64,000 nt of DNA from a bacterium. GTDB lineage: Bacteria > DRYD01. Positions 57,948 to 64,000 of the stretch are shown in pieces (position 1 is the stretch's first letter; each line of letters opens with the position of its first letter). The stretch is taken from the NCBI GenBank assembly GCA_030549815.1, contig JAUQQQ010000001.1, positions 90,873 through 154,872 of the forward strand, read 5' to 3'. The translations under genes and the position numbers were made by a program. The notes under the pieces were generated by a model. The model made no database searches and was not told the origin of the DNA. It saw nothing but the letters and a program-made list of their open reading frames with translations.

Positions 57948-60359
57948 ATGTTAATAAAAAACTCTATCGATGAAAAATTATTGGACAGTTTCTTCAAAGC
58001 TTATTGCTTTCTAAGCGTTGGAATGATATACTTAAGGGAAAATCCTTTATTAAAAGAGGAATTAGATTTTGGACATATAAAGAGTAGGTTACTTGGACAC
58101 TGGGGTGCAAGCCCAAACATAAGTTTCATCTATACACATTGTAATAGGATAGTTAAAAATTTTGAATTAGAAAACAAGGAATTAGATTGTATGATAGTAG
58201 TAGGTCCTGGGCATGGAGCACCAGGTTATATCTCTCCACTCTATTTAGAAGGAACTTTATCAAAATATTATCCTCAATTTAGTCAAGACGAGGAAGGAAT
58301 GAAAAACTTGTTTAGATCCTTTTCATATCCGGGTGGCCTTGGAAGCCATTGCACACCTGAATTACCCGGCACAATACAAGAAGGAGGAGAATTAGGATAT
58401 ACCCTTTCCCATTCCTTTGGAGCAGTTTTAGATAATCCAAACCTTCTGGTTATATCGATTGTCGGTGATGGAGAAGCAGAAACCGGACCATTAGCAACCT
58501 CATGGCATTTAAATAAGTTTATAAACCCAATAACAGACGGAGCTGTTCTTCCAATACTCTCCTTAAACGGATACAAAATTAATAACCCAACCATATTAGC
58601 CCGTATTGATAATAATGATCTAATCAATCTTTTCAAAGGATATGGTTATGACCCAATAATTGTAGAATACAACGATGAAATACATACTCAAATGATAAAA
58701 GCAATGGATTATTGCATTGAAAAAATAAAAACTATTCAAGAGGATGCAAGAAATAAAAATAAAGCATTTTTTGCAAGGTTTCCGATGATAATTTTAAAAA
58801 CCCCAAAAGGTTGGACTGCTCCTAAAAAAGTAAAAGAGCATTTCATCGAAGGCTATTGGAGATCACATCAAGTACCCCTACAAAATTGCAAAAAAGATAA
58901 AGAAGAATTAAGACTTTTAGAACAGTGGCTTAAAAGTTATGAACCACAAAATTTATTCGAAAACAACGGAAAACCCAAAGATTATTTACTATCATTAATA
59001 CCAAACAAAAAAATCGGTGAAAACATATACTCAAATGGAGGAAGAATAAGAAAACCTTTGAAATTGCCAGAAATTAAAAATTACGCAATAGATATCGATA
59101 AACCAGCAGTGAAAAAACATTCAAATACAATGGCATTAGGGACATTTTTAAAAGATGTCATAAAAGAAAATCCAAGTAATTTTTTAGTTTTTGGACCTGA
59201 TGAAACCGCATCAAACAGACTGTCAAAAGTGTTCGAATTCGGAAAAAAATGGGTACTCGAAAAATTACCACAAGACAATGATGAAGGATTCTTAAATGAA
59301 TTTGGTAGAACAATAGAATTATTATCTGAACACTCTGTAGAAGGTATGTTAGAAGGATACATTCTAACAGGAAGGCACGGATTCTTAAGCACCTACGAAG
59401 GTTTTGCACCAATCATTTCATCAATGGTTAATCAATTTGGCAAATGGATAGATATTTCCTCAGATGTCCCTTTCAGACAACCAATAAGCTCTTTAAATAT
59501 CCTCTTGACTTCTGTTGTTTGGAGACAAGATCATAATGGATTTACTCATCAAGATCCAGGATTCATCAACGCTATCGTTGATAAATGGCCAAAAATAGTA
59601 AGATTATACTTCCCCTGTGATTCAAATACCCTCATTTCATGCGTCTATCATTGCTTACAAACCACAAATAGAATAAATATAATCATTTGCGATAAACAAG
59701 TTCATACCCAATATTTACCAATCGAAGTAGCAGATAAGCACTTTATAAAAGGTATAGGGACCTTTGATTTTATTAGCGACCCCGAAGAGCCAGATGTAGT
59801 AATAGCATCTTGTGGAGATATACCAACTAAAGAAGCATTGGCAGCCTCATTCATAATTAAAGAATTATTCCAAGAAGTAAAAATTAGATTTGTCAATGTG
59901 GTAAATTTATTCAGATTAACACCAGAAAGCGAGCATCCAGATGGCTTAAAAGATGACGAATTCGACCTCTACTTTACAGTAGATAAACCCATAATCTTTA
60001 ACTTTCATGGTTACCCTTGGCTAATACATAGATTAACATATAGGAGAAACAATCACAGAAATCTACATGTAAGGGGATACAGAGAAAACAGAAAAATTGG
60101 GATAGATGCTTATCATCTTGTTCCTTTCCTAAGGGGACGAGGAGGCATTACCACTCCTATGCAATTAGCAATTATAAACCAAATAGATAGATTTAGTATA
60201 GCAATCGACACAATCAAAAGAACTGAGAAAATTAAAAACAAAGGAGCAAAATACATTGATAAACTCAAAAATTTACAAATCGATGCTTTAAAATTTGCTT
60301 ATGAAAACGGGATAGATAAAGAAGAATATGAAGATATATTCAGCCCTAAACTATGGTAG
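57948..60359 (+). CDS. xfp: Phosphoketolase (Xfp family)
   Basis: LLGHWG, GPGHG, EGGELGY, GDGEAETGPL, LNGYKI, GPDETASNRL, QDHNGFTHQDPG. Confidence 0.96.
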   Translation: MLIKNSIDEKLLDSFFKAYCFLSVGMIYLRENPLLKEELDFGHIKSRLLGHWGASPNISFIYTHCNRIVKNFELENKELDCMIVVGPGHGAPGYISPLYLEGTLSKYYPQFSQDEEGMKNLFRSFSYPGGLGSHCTPELPGTIQEGGELGYTLSHSFGAVLDNPNLLVISIVGDGEAETGPLATSWHLNKFINPITDGAVLPILSLNGYKINNPTILARIDNNDLINLFKGYGYDPIIVEYNDEIHTQMIKAMDYCIEKIKTIQEDARNKNKAFFARFPMIILKTPKGWTAPKKVKEHFIEGYWRSHQVPLQNCKKDKEELRLLEQWLKSYEPQNLFENNGKPKDYLLSLIPNKKIGENIYSNGGRIRKPLKLPEIKNYAIDIDKPAVKKHSNTMALGTFLKDVIKENPSNFLVFGPDETASNRLSKVFEFGKKWVLEKLPQDNDEGFLNEFGRTIELLSEHSVEGMLEGYILTGRHGFLSTYEGFAPIISSMVNQFGKWIDISSDVPFRQPISSLNILLTSVVWRQDHNGFTHQDPGFINAIVDKWPKIVRLYFPCDSNTLISCVYHCLQTTNRINIIICDKQVHTQYLPIEVADKHFIKGIGTFDFISDPEEPDVVIASCGDIPTKEALAASFIIKELFQEVKIRFVNVVNLFRLTPESEHPDGLKDDEFDLYFTVDKPIIFNFHGYPWLIHRLTYRRNNHRNLHVRGYRENRKIGIDAYHLVPFLRGRGGITTPMQLAIINQIDRFSIAIDTIKRTEKIKNKGAKYIDKLKNLQIDALKFAYENGIDKEEYEDIFSPKLW

Positions 60360-61392
60360 TTCCTCATTAAAAATAGCTATCTTCGCCGTAAACAAATCCC
60401 TTTATGAATTAATAAACAAAAAAAACATTACCTCATTTGACAATATTGAAAATGCAATAGAAGAAAATATTAACCTCTTCATAGACAATAAAGTAGATGT
60501 TTTTGTTCATAGAGTTGTTCATGGTTTAGACTACAAAAATCCTTTCCTTATAAATGATGAAACCATAAAAACTTTGGAATATCTTGCAAAGATTAATCCC
60601 TTACATAACGAATTAGCTTTAAAAGGTATAAAAAAGTTGAGGTCAACTTTCAAGGAAAAACTACACTATGCATTATTTGATACATATTTTCATAATTCCA
60701 TTCCTTCTTATGCCAAAGTATATGGAATAAGTTTAGATTTCTTTAGAAGTGGAGTAAAGAGGTATGGCTTTCATGGAATTTCCTATTCCTACATAGTTCG
60801 AAAAATGAAAGAGATTTTAAACAAAGAAAAAGTTGATTTAATCGTTTTACATTTGGGTGCAGGATGTAGTATATGTGCAATAAAAGAAAACAAAAGCATA
60901 GAAACATCTATGGGATTCTCACCTTTAGAAGGGCTGATAATGCAAAAAAGAAGTGGGGATATGGATATAGGGGTCGTTTTTCATCTCATCCAAAATGGCT
61001 TTAAACCTTTCGACTTTTATTCAAAATGTGGATTTACAGCAATGGCAAATGTTAAAAATTTTATAGAATTAGAAGAAAAATATAAAGCAGGTAATGATGA
61101 TGCAGTATTAACTATGAACGCTTTCGTCCATAGGTTAGTAAAATACATCGGATCATACTATGTTTTGCTTGAAAATTTAGATGGTATCGTATTTACAGGA
61201 GGAATTGGAGAAAATAGCTGGCTATTAAGAAATTTAGTTTGTGAAAAATTGAAAAAAATAGGAATTGAATTAAATGAAGAAAAAAACAAAAATAATGAAC
61301 TTTTAATCTCAACAAGTAAAAGTAAAATCAATGTTTTTGTCATAAAAACAGAGGAAGAAGAGGAAATGGTAAGGATTACTGCCCAACAGTGA
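60328..61392 (+). CDS. ackA: Acetate kinase
   Basis: NYGSSSLK, HRVVHG, PLHN, FDT.FH, RYGFHGIS, HLGAG.S, SMGFSPLEGL, FTGGIGEN. Confidence 0.94.
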   Translation: MKIYSALNYGSSSLKIAIFAVNKSLYELINKKNITSFDNIENAIEENINLFIDNKVDVFVHRVVHGLDYKNPFLINDETIKTLEYLAKINPLHNELALKGIKKLRSTFKEKLHYALFDTYFHNSIPSYAKVYGISLDFFRSGVKRYGFHGISYSYIVRKMKEILNKEKVDLIVLHLGAGCSICAIKENKSIETSMGFSPLEGLIMQKRSGDMDIGVVFHLIQNGFKPFDFYSKCGFTAMANVKNFIELEEKYKAGNDDAVLTMNAFVHRLVKYIGSYYVLLENLDGIVFTGGIGENSWLLRNLVCEKLKKIGIELNEEKNKNNELLISTSKSKINVFVIKTEEEEEMVRITAQQ

Positions 61393-62416
61393 ATAATCCA
61401 TAACTCAGTCTTGTTTTCGAACCAACACCATAAAATCCTAAAGCTTTCTCTAATAGCTGTTTTATACTTCCTTCTTTCTCCTCTCCTTCTTTTATAAAAT
61501 CATCCACTTTCTCAACAGTTTTATGATCTATTTTCTTCCAAATTTCATCATCGCTTAGATTATTATTGGATTTATTCTTAATTTTACTTTTAATATTGTC
61601 CCACCTGTGTCGATCAAAGAAAACAACAAATCTAAATCCAATCCCTTTCTTTACAGTGATAAAAAAGATTGGATTAGGATTGTCGGATTCAACTGGATAT
61701 TCTACTTGTTCAGAGTAATATGATGGATAATGAACATTCATAACATCAATATCAAATAGATTTTGATTTATAGAAGGGAAAGCATCGAGAAACAGCAAAA
61801 GCCCCTTAAAATCTTGAGCACCAAATAGCAATTGGTAAAACTGAATCTCCAAATCACCTTCATCTTTAACCTCGCTTAATTGATCATTAAATTTTTCACT
61901 TACATTAAGACCATATTTTTCAAAGATTTTCCAAAAGGCTACACTTCTGCAAACACCTTTAATAGATGTTGATGGTATGTAAGGGATACCATAAGTTCGA
62001 TGCAAGGTTATAGAGGTTTCAAGGACACTGGAAGAGCCTAAACCACAAATTAAGCGAGTCTTGGTCTTTAATTCTTTGTCAAAAATTTTTAAATACCCCT
62101 GATTTTTTAAACCATTACAAATGTTATCTATATCCTTGTAAAATGGTAATCTATCAAAATCTTCCTTTTTAATACTCAATTTAGATATTTTTTTGAAAAA
62201 GTCTTTTTTTACTCTATTATCGAAAACAATATTTCCATCTTTTTCAGATAAAGGAATAAATTTTTCCAATAACAAAGAAAAATTTAGATTATTTCCTTTT
62301 TGTTCGCTTAAATCTTTCCAGATACCTTCAAAATGTCTATTTACAAAGATTTCTTTATTTTGGTTATGTTTATTTTCCTTACTGTGTGTTTTTCCTTTAT
62401 GATCTTTATGATTCAT
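61376..62416 (-). CDS. cmr6: Type III-B CRISPR RAMP protein Cmr6
   Basis: GLG.SSVLETSITLH..YGIPYIPS.SIKG, FLDAFP, DVMNVHY..YY, PNPI.F, GVGSKT..YG. Confidence 0.92.
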   Translation of the reverse strand: MNHKDHKGKTHSKENKHNQNKEIFVNRHFEGIWKDLSEQKGNNLNFSLLLEKFIPLSEKDGNIVFDNRVKKDFFKKISKLSIKKEDFDRLPFYKDIDNICNGLKNQGYLKIFDKELKTKTRLICGLGSSSVLETSITLHRTYGIPYIPSTSIKGVCRSVAFWKIFEKYGLNVSEKFNDQLSEVKDEGDLEIQFYQLLFGAQDFKGLLLFLDAFPSINQNLFDIDVMNVHYPSYYSEQVEYPVESDNPNPIFFITVKKGIGFRFVVFFDRHRWDNIKSKIKNKSNNNLSDDEIWKKIDHKTVEKVDDFIKEGEEKEGSIKQLLEKALGFYGVGSKTRLSYGLFTVGQ

Positions 62417-62417
62417 A

Positions 62418-62807
62418 TTATTCTTCCTCCCTTAATTCTACTTCAGCGATTCGTTTTAACCAGGTAGCAATAAGCAAGACCTGACTACTAACAAACCTCA
62501 AAGTATTTGCATCAATTCTAACCAAAAAATCTAATAAATCTTCATTTTCCTTGAAATTTAATAATTTTTGCTTCTTCAATAATTCTGATACAATCTTATA
62601 TACCTTTCTTTTTTCTTGTTTAGATTTGTAAAAAGCCATTGCAGAAATTAGACCGTTAGATACAATAGTAGAAGGTAATCTTCTTATAGCAGTGAGATAT
62701 TTATCTAATTTTTCATTATTACCCTTGGCATCTTTTTTGATTTCTTTTATTTCACTTAAGCACATTTCAGCAATTTCTTGATTTCTTAATCTCAATTTTG
62801 ATGTCAT
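62418..62807 (-). CDS. cmr5: Type III-B CRISPR small subunit Cmr5
   Basis: RRLPSTIVSNGLISAMAF..SK, WLKRIAE. Confidence 0.9.
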   Translation of the reverse strand: MTSKLRLRNQEIAEMCLSEIKEIKKDAKGNNEKLDKYLTAIRRLPSTIVSNGLISAMAFYKSKQEKRKVYKIVSELLKKQKLLNFKENEDLLDFLVRIDANTLRFVSSQVLLIATWLKRIAEVELREEE

Positions 62808-62813
62808 CTTTCA

Positions 62814-63641
62814 TCACTCCCCATATTTAACAATATTTTTTAATCCTTTAACTTTTTGTTGAAAATCATCCCATAAATGGTTTTCTTTAAGAACATCTTT
62901 AAATCCCCAAATTATCCAGTATTCATTTTTATTAACCAAGATTTTTTTGAGAAAAATGTAATTTACCGTTTTTCTATTCCATTTAGATTCTTTAGACTTT
63001 TTTAAACTTGATAAAAAATTTTGATGTTTATTATTTCCTAACAAATATCCACACAGATTCTTAAAAATTATTGGTGCATCTATATTTACCTTTTTATTTT
63101 CCACTACTTTTTTTATTTTATCAAGCTGATCTTTATACCACTTGATTAACTGATCCTCATTTTGAATTTCACTACCAAAGGTGAATTTAAGGTCAAAATC
63201 TTCGATAATTTGATTTGGTGCTTCTATTGGAATTAAGGAACCACAACCTATTCTTGTTTTTGCCCCAAAATTACCAATAAATAATGAACACCAAAAAGCA
63301 CATAAAAAAATCTTTATATAATCTTTTTGAAGCAAAGGGTTAAAATAAAAACAAATATCAAAGATAGTAGATAAATTTATTTTTGTTTGATTACCTATTT
63401 CAATCTTAACACTTCCTTTCCTTGATTCATTCTTGTTTGCTATACCAAATATTTTATTTTCTATATCTTTATTAGCGACTAACAATCTAAGCCAATGTCG
63501 TATAACACCGTTAAACGATTGTGTCCTTAATTCAAATTGTTTATTTGCATTATACATACATAATTTTACAACTTCTTGAATTCTAAATTTAACCGAAAAC
63601 CAAAAATTACTTGGACCAAAACAAAATTTTTCCATATTCAT
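62814..63641 (-). CDS. cmr1: Cmr1-like RAMP protein (short, degenerate)
   Basis: ELRTQSFNGVIRHWLR, ENKIFG, G-rich loop GNFGAKTRIGCGSL; lacks the FGLP/RRxSP C-terminal motifs. Confidence 0.7.
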   Translation of the reverse strand: MNMEKFCFGPSNFWFSVKFRIQEVVKLCMYNANKQFELRTQSFNGVIRHWLRLLVANKDIENKIFGIANKNESRKGSVKIEIGNQTKINLSTIFDICFYFNPLLQKDYIKIFLCAFWCSLFIGNFGAKTRIGCGSLIPIEAPNQIIEDFDLKFTFGSEIQNEDQLIKWYKDQLDKIKKVVENKKVNIDAPIIFKNLCGYLLGNNKHQNFLSSLKKSKESKWNRKTVNYIFLKKILVNKNEYWIIWGFKDVLKENHLWDDFQQKVKGLKNIVKYGE

Positions 63642-64000
63642 AAAACTTTGCGTATTATTTTAAATTTCTCCAAACTCTTAATAAAATTTTCAAGAGCCGT
63701 AAAATCAGGATGTTCCACATTATAATCTATAATCTTGTTTTCCTCCAAAAAATTGAACTGATGTGAACTATTAGGAATAAAAGTTAAAAATAAACCGTAA
63801 TTTTTATTATTAAATTGAACTATCTTAAAAATCAAAGGTGAAGGTCGTCTAACAGATGAAAATTCTTTGGTTTTTTTGATACTACTAAAATAAAAATTCA
63901 AAGGCAATCCGAAAATCATTCTCTCTACTTTAAAATTTTGTTTTCTTCCCAATAGTAAACCTTTAACATTATCGTAATCAGGTTTATAATAGCTTCTAAA
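63638..64000 (-). CDS. cmr1: Cmr1 C-terminal portion (start lies beyond the window)
   Basis: Frame is open to the window end: FRSYYKPDYDNVK...RMIFGLPL...RRPSPLIFK. Confidence 0.75.
   Translation of the reverse strand, partial: FRSYYKPDYDNVKGLLLGRKQNFKVERMIFGLPLNFYFSSIKKTKEFSSVRRPSPLIFKIVQFNNKNYGLFLTFIPNSSHQFNFLEENKIIDYNVEHPDFTALENFIKSLEKFKIIRKVL

Overview
A 64 kb, very AT-rich, gene-dense bacterial chromosome segment. It is probably from a thermophilic diderm (BamA, TonB-dependent receptor, branched-chain polyamine synthase BpsA, type III-B Cmr genes), but I cannot assign a taxon from sequence alone. Most of it is housekeeping and metabolic genes in mixed operons: fusA2, glmL-like, ALDH, S9 peptidase, bamA, prmA, hisS, two corC-like genes, dgkA, ybeY, pgpH-like, an orphan atpG, def, HU, ruvC, nfeD, a radical SAM/SPASM gene, trxA, lysS, cdsA, OFOR alpha/beta, bpsA, nadK, xfp and ackA. 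The window ends inside a cmr operon with two adjacent Cmr1-like genes. I saw no tRNA, rRNA, CRISPR array or transposase. The most unusual region is 3.2-6.7 kb, a tandem array of AAA-ATPase/PD-(D/E)XK genes (one intact, one pseudogene, one relic). The two dead copies carry five 19-21 nt insertions sharing the core TGGGGT(A)GGGGTCCC, in both orientations, within locally G-depleted DNA. This suggests a short-sequence insertion or gene-inactivation process whose enzyme is not in this window. All calls come from motif recognition by eye; no searches were run.
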